Source: Iphione sp. A-MEVVRFRX5 (taxonomy: Eukaryota). Taken from it: a DNA stretch of 64,000 bases. Shown piece after piece: positions 51,819-63,407 of the stretch. The notes under the pieces are model-generated. The model did not search any database, had not been told where the DNA came from, and saw only the letters and a list, made by a program, of their open reading frames with translations. The position numbers and the translations under genes are program-made. Location of the stretch: NCBI GenBank assembly GCA_976226885.1, contig OZ320317.1:79670001-79734000 (forward strand), given 5' to 3'. Each line of letters starts with the position of its first letter. The first letter of the stretch is position 1.

Positions 51819-53684
51819 CGCAGCTTCAGTGATGTCTTTAAATGTCACTTCCCCCCGTGCAGCAAGCTCGACGGCCATTGGAGATGGGGAGAGGGAGGGG
51901 AAAGGAAAGTAGGACGGTAGGTTTGTGTATCCCCCCCATGCTTCTTCCGTCTGTCGGCCGGCTCTGCCTTGAGTGGGTGGAGGAGTATGGTGGGGTGTTG
52001 GGCTAGCTCTGGATAGAAGCCGGGATGAGCAAGGCGAGTAGGCCTCGGCATGGGATCTTAATGGAAAATTTGGTGGTTTCATTAGGTCTGCGGGCGATGG
52101 GTCGTGAGGTTAGGCACCTGCCTGGGTCTACTACATCCAAACCGAGTGACAAGAGGGAAACCCTTGACTAGACGCTGGTTTTCGGCTAGAGAGGGACGGG
52201 TAGTAACGATCTTTAGTCACATCGGTGTATAGTTTCAGATGAGGTTAGTCGAGGTAGTCTGCGGTATTTCATTAGATGTTATCCAATCTAAGTCGGCCCT
52301 CTTGCCCCAAGGCTGTGGTGAACAAGTTCTAAAATCAACTTCCCTTGTGTAGTCGTTAGTGGCAGGCTTATTAGTACCAGCTTCGAATGATTGTCTTTAT
52401 GTGGTATGGGACCTATACATGTACTGTCTTCTTGTGGCGAAATCTCCCAAAAGGTTGCTTCTAGAAATGGGAAAGGATATCTTATATTAAAATCGGGACA
52501 TTTCCAGTCAGTACCGGAGATCTTCCTCTGAAGAAGTGTACATATACTTTCCTTGAGGCATTCTCATAAAAACCGCGACTTCTGATCCTACCCTAAGTAG
52601 GATGATTTGTTAGAACCCAAGTCTTACCAGCCTCATTCTGACAATAAGTACTCGTTTAATTCTTGCTACCCCTTTGGTCGCATTATGACTCTCTCCACGG
52701 TAATTAATTTCCCTTGGGCCATTCTACATGTTAATGGACCATAAACCTTTTAAATTAGCCACCAAGGTAATGCCACATGCCCTAGATTGACACATTAGCT
52801 CCATCAAACTTAATAAGGATTTTAATAGGAGGGATTCATCATCGAGCCCTCCTGACATCCAGAACACAAAAAAACTACATAATTGTGTTAAATCCTTGCG
52901 GCCATGGTGATATATATTGAACGTGAGCATGGAGGGAGATGGACATGCATCTCCAGTGTGTAATCGTCATATTCTGAAATATTGATCTATCGGTTCGTCA
53001 TTGAAAGATGTTTTCCTACTTTTTCGCTGTAGTTCCAAACTTCTTTTTTTCATAACTGAACAGGCCTTCTACTCGTATGAATGCTACAGGAACAGCTTCT
53101 TTTTCTAAATGTGGATTTTATTAAAGCAAACAGTTGCTCTACAAAGCTTTTAGTCCATCAATTAAATCATGCATCATGCTTTGTCTATCGTGGATTGCTA
53201 TAGCTGGCTATTGCAGCCATGATCCTCATATTAAAGCAGCATATCCCGGAGAATTAGTATACCCAAACGTTTTCAACCAAATAGTATCCATTAAATTCAC
53301 TTCTAGATGTGAGATTCCACCCCAAAGAATGAATCGCGTCTATCTGCAAAACAAAATATAGTCTGAGTCAACAAGCAAATTTACATTATCTACCGCTTAT
53401 TTTCATTAGATTAGAAGGAAGAACTCCTAAGAGGCTCTTATGGAGCTGTAGAACACTATGCAGAATATCATTCAACATGCAACTATATCTACGGATGCTA
53501 TTGATTAAACCTCAACAGGTAAAATCTGCAAGCACAGCATGACCCCCTAAGCTAGAAATATTCCATACATGTGTTAGATTGTTTGTTCCATATTGCTTTA
53601 TTCAAGTGACGATGAGAACCTTCGGCCAGTGAACAAGGGGCCAGCGACGTTCAGAAATGAGGGTTAGAAAATGCAGATGAAGTT

Positions 53685-53708
53685 TCAAATCAAACCAAAT
53701 CTTTATTG
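53685..53708 (-). mobile_element. 3' tail of a LINE/SINE (L2/CR1-like short-repeat tail)
   Basis: Minus strand reads CAATAAAG-ATTTG-GTTTG-ATTTG-A, i.e. AATAAA followed by (ATTTG)n. The element body is not resolved. Confidence 0.35.
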
Positions 53709-56700
53709 AGTTCCAGTGTCAACCAGTCCAAGTATTTCCAAACGGGGAATCAAACATTGCCTTCCAGTTGTATGCGGGTCTGTATGCCAGTGCACATTCC
53801 CTGGAAATGAAATACCCCGAGTAACCTTGTTGTAGTTTCAATATATATTTTACTTTATAACAGGCTTTGTCATGTGGCGGACCAACTGTGTATGTAATTC
53901 TACAAATCCAGTCGATTTCAATGTTAGTCTATCATTCCCTGGAGTCCCAGTTCCATATAGAAATCGCGCAACAGCACAAAAAGGACGGATGTGCACTTTT
54001 TGCTTCGTATTTACAGCATTCTTTACTCGACAGGTCTGGGAATTTTTTTTACCACAGTCAGAACTGCATATTTGCATAGCTACTATTGTGTTGCGTTGAT
54101 GCTCTAAATTTGCTTGTTAGTGGAAACCATTTTCTCACTTAAGAGCATTCAAGATAACCGCTCGAAAAGTGATCTAATTCTATTTATTGCCCTGTGAGTA
54201 AACACTTTGACTCATTAATTGGGGGTTAATTTGCGTGTTGGGAATAGTATTTAAACGAGCCTGGGTCTGCTTAGCTCTGCAAAGTTCTATGTAGTGCCAT
54301 CCAATAATGTCATCCGCGTCAATGTCAGCATCATCATTATGCAAAGTCATGAATAAAGATATTGACACTAGGGGGGATGGCACCCACCTAACTAATGACC
54401 TTTGTTTATTTGGCAATTACTCGACAAGTTATGCCAGACAAAAAGGTAACCCCTGAAGCGCCATCCTCGGGAAGCATTATCATTACCAGTTGCAACGCTT
54501 TGGGACATTGCAGCCGTGGTATTTCACGACTGGTATGGTGACGTTCGTGTGTGTGGGACGAAGAGCAAAGAGATCAACATTTGTGATCGGCGGTGAAAAG
54601 GGCCAGGTGATTAGCATGAAAATCAGAATATTCGAACTGCTCGTGGCTCGGGAAGTTTGCGTCGAGAGGAGTCATTATCGGCCTATGTTAGCTGAGCAGC
54701 GTTGAGCAGTTTCGAGCATATAGACGGGGGTGTTTACACAGCGAGATACTGACCATCACTTGCATAACAAAGCATGAGTTTCTCGTCCCGTTCGCCAACA
54801 CTGAACACGCACGTGCGGCCTGATGCCATTGGTTTCAGATATGCTAATCGGTGAGAGTCGTTTGCCGTCCCTACAAGCAAACACCTTCTCCACTACATAT
54901 ATATGTTCATGTATTTTTGGTCGAAGTGTGCGGAATTCATGTTGTCCTCTAAGTATTAGATACTGTTTGAGCCAACTACTTATCGCTCATAACCGTTAGA
55001 ACGATTATTCAAAGTAGAGTATGACTTCTATCGATATTTCTGTCTGTTTCGCTGTCTGCCTCGGTAAGTTTCCTCTGCTTTTCCCATCCGCTCTATGACT
55101 TTCATACCTCCCTAGTCAATTCTTTCTAGATATTTATCTTCAGAAAGAAGCATTATAGCATAGTAATACTAACATTCCCGAAAAGTAGCCCAGGGTCTAT
55201 ATAAGTGATTGGAAAGGCAAAAAATCCCCGATCGTGTTCCAGTTGCATTCCTTGTCTGCTCTGTTGCTTCTTCAGTGACACCAGCTACCGGAAGCGGAAA
55301 TGCACATGTTGTAGACATGCGTGTCTTTTCAATCCTCTCCTGCTTCCGGGTGCCATGCCACTGTCTCTCCGACCGTCCACCAGCCGTTTTCTCTTTGGAA
55401 ATAAAGGTCCATTTGCTATTCAAGGCTTCATTATTAAGCACTGGCACGTCTCCCCGTAGTCTGACGATTGGCGAGCCTAAAGAAGGTTACATTGGGACCA
55501 TTAGTTTATCAGCCTTTTTGTGCCGTCTGTACCATTCGTCCAATTTCCAACTAATGGCTGGCATTTATATTTTATCTCTCGAGTGGTCTTTTCTCCACCT
55601 TTTCTTCTTTTAACATTCGCTACTCTCTTCCAATACTTATCCTACGTTTTAGCCTCCATGTATCACAGCCATGGTTTGCAATCATTTCGGGAATAAACGT
55701 TCACGTTATTACGTTTTGATGAAAGGCGTCACACAGATTTCAACACACGTGTACTTCTATTGGTTGTGCTATGGTCCCAAAAGGCAGGTTGCATCAATTA
55801 GATTATTCTAGATCAGGATTGGTTTAATTTCCTGCATCTGAAGACAATATGACATGCAGACGCGTGTGGCTGGGATGAATACATACTATGTGCTGTCATG
55901 ATAGTGACATGTAAAACCAGGCGGTGGCTTTAACGCCTTATATATAAGTACGAAGAAAACATCAACACGTCAGTTAAAGTGTAGATTGTTATATCTGTAC
56001 ATTATTGCAGTTTGTACTTGGACATTTGCGTATATGCCTCATGAAGGAGACATGAATATCACCATGAGATGATCCAAAATTATTTCCGCCCTTATAACGG
56101 TAGTATGGTACAGAATATGAAATTTCCTTGCATTGGTCCTATTGGTTCAGGGACATTTATTCAAGTACAAGCAGTCGCATTCATCAGAACTGATTATGCC
56201 TTTAGACCACGAAGATACGTGTGTAATATGAACTAAAGAGAGAGAGACACGCCATTCTAAGCAACTGAGGACCAGGATTCACAAGCACACTTTACACACT
56301 TCTCTAATTCTGTGAGTGTGCTGTATTTATCTTTATGAATGCAAGCCATTCGATCAAACTGGGACCCCCTACACCTCTCATACACTTCATCGCATACATG
56401 TGATTAGTACATCTCTAACCCTTCTGAGTGTTGCTCTAATTCAGCGTCATCCTAACCACTGTGTCCCACAAGTCCCACAAGAGTTCCGGTTCCTTCTGGG
56501 ACTGAGAACACCACGTGTTCCGATGGTGCTCTCTTTTTCTGTTGCAAAAAAAAAAAGATCTAAATATAGAAAGCACTTCCAGGGAACACCTGGTGATCCT
56601 ATCTCTTCGATCTTAGCAGGATACCTTACACTGCCAGGGGACAGCGCTCCAACAGTAGATATAGGCCAAAGATAGACTGCCACCAGCAACAGCCATGTGA

Positions 56701-56849
56701 CACGCTACTACACATTCATCAACGGCAAAAAAATTCATTTTGGTTTTTATCGCTTTTCATTTTAGCCATACACAATGATGTCCCGAGATCTAGCGATAAG
56801 CGAGAATGGCAGAGGTATTGAGGTCGAGAAACAATACATTCTCCTATTA

Positions 56850-56910
56850 GTGACGTCACAGTCGATCAGCGGCGCGCTGTCCCCCCACCCCCGCCGCCCC
56901 CACGCCCCAC
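56850..56910 (+). promoter_or_regulatory. Candidate promoter: palindromic CRE plus GC boxes
   Basis: GTGACGTCAC at 56850-56859, followed by CCCCGCCGCCCCCACGCCCCACC. Confidence 0.4.
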
Positions 56911-57127
56911 CTTCCGTAGGGCTACAGATGCTAGGGACGGAGAGGTCCCCTTAGGACTCACAAATAGAGCTGGAAATATTCATGATATCCCAGCAGCGAG
57001 CCTCGAGGTTGTACTTAGTGCTGGCCTCCAAACATTCCCGACGGCCCTGAATCAAATCTGGTCCCGTTACTGTTTGATGTATGATAATACCGTCCACGGG
57101 CATCGTTGCCGCCACCATCTGCACCAG

Positions 57128-57168
57128 CTACTACTACCATGACTACTACTACTACGACTACTACTACT
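57128..57168. repeat. Imperfect (CTA)n microsatellite
   Basis: CTA run with interruptions. Confidence 0.9.
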
Positions 57169-57569
57169 CTCGTTTTGCGAGGACTCCTGGCTCACCGGGG
57201 GCGGTGGATGAAATAATGCAGGTATTTGAACTGGTGTTAGCAAGGCTTATCTGATCCAATGTGCTGGCAGCCTGCCAACGCTGGAGCTGAACTGCTGTCC
57301 TGTTTTCATAATTTGGGAGAATGAGGGAAATTAATTTGATGGCTACGTTTTACTGATTAGCGTTACAAGGTCGACCTCCACCAACGCTCAGATGCTTTCT
57401 CATAATAGTACTTCTACCACCCTTGTAGTAATGATTTGGTACATAAAGCAACCGTCAGAATCTCCATCATTGTAGTATTTAATTTGCAATACCTCGAGAA
57501 AGTAGAGAGGGGTATGCTGTCAACAAAGTGAAGGCGGAATCGTTGATTGTTTTTTACGCCCACGTACAG

Positions 57570-57609
57570 GAAGACTGTCAGTGCCTCTGAGAAGCTTGAT
57601 TCCTGGATG
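57570..57609 (+). CDS. Candidate 40-nt exon ending in ATG|GTGAGT (only open frame: KTVSASEKLDSWM)
   Basis: Acceptor TTGTTTTTTACGCCCACGTACAG|G and strong donor ATG|GTGAGT. It could be a UTR exon that supplies only the start Met. Confidence 0.4.
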
Positions 57610-58012
57610 GTGAGTGTTATCTACCTTCTCTACCTTATCAGATAAGCCGATATTGGTCGAGATTGCAGGCCCAACCTTTTCCTTGCTGCAACACACCGGG
57701 CCTGTCGTCGGGGCTAATCAGAATGAGATCGGAGTCAGGACCTTCCGCTGCTTTCATCCGGCTTACTACATGGTCAAGCTGCCCTTAGGGATCCTCTCTC
57801 CTCGAGCCTCCCCTGTCCCTCCTCTTCTTCCCTACGTGAAGAGAACCACCTCCTCCCCCCCCCCCCTCCTCCCGCACCCTCTCAATCACACATGACAACC
57901 ACCGCTACTCCTCCCCTCCCACAAAGTGGCAAACCCAACCCCTCCGTCTCCATCCGCTTTGCCGATCCATGTCTGTGCAGGCAAATTACCGGACATCAAA
58001 GGATAGATTCAT

Positions 58013-58067
58013 GTTGCCTTGGCAACAACGCTAACCCCAGGTGTTGTCATGGTGATGCCCAAGGTCA
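58013..58067. promoter_or_regulatory. Paired X-boxes plus NR5A/ERR-type half-site
   Basis: GTTGCCTTGGCAAC (58013, 13/14) and GTTGTCATGGTGAT (58043, exactly 30 bp later), CCAAGGTCA (58059), and TCF-like ATCAAAG near 57995. Confidence 0.55.
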
Positions 58068-60255
58068 TTAGTCTGCGGGTCAATGACAGTGGCGGGGGTC
58101 ATGGGGAATATGAGATGTGAAGATGGTGGCTTCCCCTGTGCCGCCTATAGTCTGCCGATAGGGCCCACCTCATTTCCGACGTGTGCTGTCAGCGAGCAGT
58201 ATTCCAATGATGCCGTTGCTCCGTTGCTTTTATAATGGACCTTATCTTCTGTAACCAGGGAATAATAGTATATGCCGTATCATTTTCGAGAGGTCAAAGC
58301 AAAAAACAACTACCTTTGCTTTTGTTGGTGGACATAACATTTTACTCTACATATTTCGTGAATTCCCTTAATAAGATTGTTGAACCGAACCCTGTTGCTC
58401 GTAAAAATGGCTCGCACACTTCAAACTATCCATTACACTGGCTACATTACTATTACTATTTTATGCTCACCTAACATTATGACCGATAAGCAGTAAGATG
58501 AAGTGAAGGCCGTGCCCACCACACTCAGAAACTTACCAATCATCAGAGGTAACAACATTTTTTCTTTATTTTATCTCAAGCCAGGGCTTCACGAATGTTA
58601 CAAGTCTAATTATACACTCCATATTTGTTTTCCATATGCAACGCATTCTTTCTTTTGAATAATATGGCACAAATGACTAGATATGGTACCCTGAGAGAGT
58701 CTCATGAGTATCTACGTTGAATTGTACTGTTCAACATAGGTCAGTCATGATAAACCATTAGTTTGATAATGATAAAACCATGAGGTATGATGCCTTTCGT
58801 GGTGTACAACTATAATCACGAAGATAAAGAGATAAGCCCACACTTTCCCAGGTGATATCTACCACCAAAAGTGCTAGCACCACCGCAGTCTTCACCACAA
58901 CGCCTACCATTGAGTATATATGCTGGCTACAACCAGAAACACAAGCCATAATCAATAAGACATTATTAAATACACTTGGTCAGGCTGCAGCATCTCTTTC
59001 GTGAAGACCATCACGGTCATCTCTTCACCAGCCACCAACCATACACACAGGAACAATGATGACCAAGTAGAGCACCGCAGGGCGGCGAATGGATGAGCCA
59101 CCACTACCACAGTTCCCCTCTCGAATCATTACACTTACGGCCTGCATAGCAGCCAAGCATAAACAGTACACCAACAAAAATTCTCAGGGACACTGTCAAT
59201 ATTATAGCTACTACCACCACGGCACTGGCATATACTACCCACTCATATACTTTACCCTTCACGCGGTCTGTCAACCATAAACAGATGGAGAAGCAGACTG
59301 ACTTGCCACTCCCTACTATAAACGGAATGAGGCGACCATAAACATGAAGACAACGATAACTAAATCGGCCTGTTGTGTTTTTCCTTTGTATTCACTACCA
59401 TGCGCCTCGTGGCTCCTGCTTCCTTGTTAGGAGGCAATGAGAGTCCTCTGGGAATGACCGGGCATCTTGCTCCACCTGCCACCCCTACCTTACGGGATAG
59501 ACCTCGACTGTCTCACCCTGGGAAAACTGGAGTCAATAAGTAATTTTTAAAGACGGCTCAGAGCAATGCAGGGTGTTTTTCCTCATGACATGGGGGCTTA
59601 AGACTCGCGTCCGCTTCTAACTTAAGGCCGTCTTTCCATGTGTACGGAAATTACCTCCGGAGTCCAGATAGCGTGGTGCAGAAAAAAAACCATCCTATGA
59701 TATTCAACATGATTGCTTCCACGTGTGCATGGTGCGTGTGTGGTGCATGGTGTGGAGAGGTGCGTAGGCAGAAAATGGGCCTGGGCCATGAATTTACACT
59801 TTTTACACAATCTGGAAACCCACATTGAGAAGTAGCATATGTACAATGTAAATGTATGTTTTCAGGTGGATCAACACTATCACATGATATTTGCACACAT
59901 TTGGATGAAAAAACACATAAGTTCCACCGATATGCCTCAACCTCCAGTAAAAAACACACAATTTACCTAAATCCCCATGCAAAACCACACAAAGTCTCTC
60001 TTCTCTCTCACTCTCCAGAGAGGTTCGGAAAATCAGCCGACTTTCTGGATGAACACGTTGTGCAGAAAAAAAATTGTACAGATGGAAATCTGGCCTAAAT
60101 CCTAAACGTAGACAACGCCCACTAATTATAACCACTCCCTTTGTACGTCTTTCATTCTGTATTTCCATCCGCCCTTCCTGTCTCTCCTGTTATCATCAAA
60201 CTGTTTCCTCCAGAGGAATCGGAGATAACCCCGACTTCCGGATGTGACCTAGCTA

Positions 60256-60272
60256 CTGCCACCTGGTGGCAC
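60256..60272 (-). promoter_or_regulatory. CTCF motif
   Basis: Minus strand reads GTGCCACCAGGTGGCAG, 14/14 to the core consensus. Confidence 0.6.
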
Positions 60273-60422
60273 GCGATAGAGTCTCCAGCGTGGGCTGAAG
60301 ATTAAATGGCGACTGACGTTTACTCTCGAGGGACTGCTCTTGTTCTTAATGGTCCTGATGTTTGTGCTTTTTTTCTACATCGAAAGTAGCCCTCTTTAAA
60401 ATATACATTTTCAATACAAGTA

Positions 60423-60713
60423 GTGACAAAGCAGGACTTACCGTCACAGACAAATGATTGTTTCACATGCCAGGCAAATGTATTAGACCAACACCCTGGT
60501 TTAATATCAGCCCGAGTGGGCTGTTTTTGTACATTTGTCGAAAGCATGCATTTCATAAACTTATTGAGTCAGGGGATTTTTTTTTATTCCTTGGCGGTTA
60601 AAGCCCCTGTCTCCTGATTTTCGGTCTAATATTCCGATGAATATCACAACTTATTACTACAACTATCCTTTGCATTTATTTTTGTCTGTGATATTGAAGG
60701 CTATCTTTGTGAC
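60423..60713. mobile_element. Decayed inverted-repeat element (MITE-like)
   Basis: GTGACAAAG..TCACAGACAAA (60423-60454) is inverted to TTTGTCTGTGA..CTTTGTGAC (60681-60713). Inner TATTAGACC is inverted to GGTCTAATA. Confidence 0.45.
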
Positions 60714-62030
60714 CGGTCGCAATGGTCTTTCATGTTGTGATCAGTTGTAAATGAAAAGGTGTCATATGAAACCATTCTATAAAGGCTCCGGCTCTACCAT
60801 CTCAATAAAAACTGGAGAAGGTCTCAGCGTTCCTCGGGGTGATACTTTGGAGGAAAAAAAACTTTCTAATTAAAAAAACGCCAGCCTACAGCAGTAATCA
60901 TTTAAACTGATGGTCTCTGTCTTAATGATCGATCTGGATAGTACTTCCAACACCTTGGCATTGTTCCTTTTTATGCTCGAAAAGCAATATCTAACAAAAA
61001 CATATATCAACAATATTGTTCACTGTCTCCCCAGTCCATACGTGCATGTATATACAAATGCTGCTAAGATAATTGACCTCAAGCTAATTGGGCTCGCTAA
61101 AGAATCCCCATTCAGGCCAGTGCAAACAAACATTTAGCTTGTTTGCCCGGTGTCTTTTCTGTCACAAGCTGCATTTTCCCGGGAATAGAGAAGATGTTTT
61201 CTACACTGAGTGTTTGTACATCCCAGGGGAGAGGGGCTTCTTCATTGCGTGTCCTCGTCGGACAAGTCAAGTGTCGAGTGACTTAGGTTACCGCGGCTTG
61301 CCTGTTTGTTCAGGCTGATTACTGGCGCTTCCAGCGGGCAAAGCAAACAGCCACCGAGTGTTTATTACCCTCAAGCTAAAAAGGAGACCACATGCAATAG
61401 ATGGAGTCGACGAGAGGAAGAGAGAGATGGAAGGAAAGTGAGGAGGAGGGTGGGAGAGAGAAATGAGAGGAGGAAGGAGAGAGATAGAGGAACGTATGAA
61501 AAGAACTAAAAGCAGGGGAAGTGAGGTTGCTAGGAACAAAACTGGATAACAGGAGACTCTGAAACAAAAATGGGAGAAAATCGAGAACTGTAAGGAGTAA
61601 GAAACACTTTTGAAAAAGACAAAAAAGAACGAAAGAAAGCAGGAAAGAAACCGAATGGAGACAGAAATTAAAGGATAGGGAAGAATACAGGAAGCAGCAC
61701 CTTTTTGCCAAACTAGTAATATATAATACACAAGAAAAAATATTCACGTAGACAGATAGTTCTGTGCTGACGGTTAAAATGTGCCGAACGTCGCAAATGC
61801 AAGCTCTAGGAACATTGGTGAGAAGAGCAGGCCTCTAGTGTCCGAAGAGCGACGACACAAGAATATCGTCTCCCTCAGAGATACTACTCGTCCGGATGAG
61901 GCACGGGGTTTGTAGCCAGGGGCAGTAGGCCCGAGACAGAGGCCAGCCTGACAGATGGCCCGGAGGTATCTGCCCACTACCAGACAGCTCAAGGACATGA
62001 CTCCGCGTATAGTCTCAAAGCACTATCGTT

Positions 62031-62046
62031 CTGCCACCTGGTGGAG
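62031..62046 (-). promoter_or_regulatory. CTCF motif
   Basis: Minus strand reads CTCCACCAGGTGGCAG, 14/14, the same 14-mer as at 60256. Confidence 0.6.
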
Positions 62047-62339
62047 TCCCTACGCTATATAATCCCGAGCGATGGGGGAGATATTTACTTTGGACTGCAT
62101 CCCAGAAAACGTACATGCCCTGGCCCATTATCCTTGCTGGTATTCTGCAGGGTGGTTGTCAGAGGGCCTGTGGGCTTTGTGACTCTCACCATGCCAAGAT
62201 TAAATATCCTTATGTATGTTAGTTCTTGTCCGACCCACCTTGGCACATGACTGTGAATTTTCGAAGGGAACAGTACAGATGCGACAAAAGGCTTTGTCGA
62301 CTTGGCATAAACATGGATGTTAGCTCATCGATTTTCTTA

Positions 62340-62704
62340 CACAGCCCAAAATCACTTTCTTTGTATAGAAATATTTCTTATTTTAAGATGTTGTATGACA
62401 AAACAAGATAGTTTTCTAGTAAGTAATAGGTTTATTAAGATATTTCAAGATAATTGCATTAGTTATAGGAACTATTTTAGTAATTGTAAAAGGTTTCTTG
62501 TCTGCCTGACAAACTTTTTTCTTATTTGATCTTCTTGATACAAGATATTTTTTTATAATTACAAGAAGAAATGTGGCAATAAAAAGTAAAATTATCTTGA
62601 AATTTTTGATCAACCTACCACTTACTAAGAAATTATCTTCTATTGTGATTCCAAATCTTAAAATTGGAAAATTTTCTAGTTCAAGAAGGTGATTTTTGGC
62701 TGGG
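62340..62704. mobile_element. AT-rich fold-back MITE with about 120-bp imperfect TIRs and TA target-site duplication
   Basis: TA|CACAGCCCAAAATCAC... and ...GTGATTTTTGGCTGGG|TA. The reverse complement of the right arm aligns colinearly with the left arm through TTTCAAGATAATT. Confidence 0.85.
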
Positions 62705-63407
62705 TACGTTCTGTGTTAACGCTCTGAGGTTATAGGCCAGTTTCCATAAATATAATATTGGTACATCCATGCAGGACGTTCGTGGAAATCTTTGTTGTTT
62801 AACCCATATTCCTGGCCCCTTCAATACGGGGTATTTCCATAGGTACACGTGTTTTCTCTCCCCCCCCGCCCTTCTGTCTCTTCCTCTCTTTCTCTAATGT
62901 ACATTGCATGAAAGGTGAACCAAATCTATGTAAATTGTGCCTTTTTGATATAAATATCTTGGAAATCACATGGGTGCATCAAAAACTGGGCAGTGCTCAG
63001 TCTGGACGATGCACCACCTACCTTTGCATACCGCACACTCCATGCTCCCTTCATTCATAGAAAGCATCCGGTACATTCCTATATATTGCCGCATGCACAC
63101 ACCACCATCACGCATGTGCGAACTTTTGGTAAGCGGTTTTAAGTCAGCATTCCCATATAATCAAACTGACATTGGTAATAGGTCTTCATACTTGAAAGAC
63201 AAGCAAATATCTGAGCCATTACAAAACACAATTTCTTCCTTCTCTGAACCTTCGTGCTGCCATTGTTATACAACTTCTTGCCTATCAGTATTCCTTCCCT
63301 TAAGAGCTACGTTTTCATTTCTGCTAGTGGCTGAACCCACCAATGAGGCAGCTCAACGGCGAGGCCTGAGGTGGAGAGGATTCTACATTCAGGATTCGGA
63401 ACCGGCA

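Noticed and set aside
56638-56882. Two inverted GGACAGCGC words (REST/RE1 right half)
   Set aside because: The left half TTCAGCACC is missing at both.
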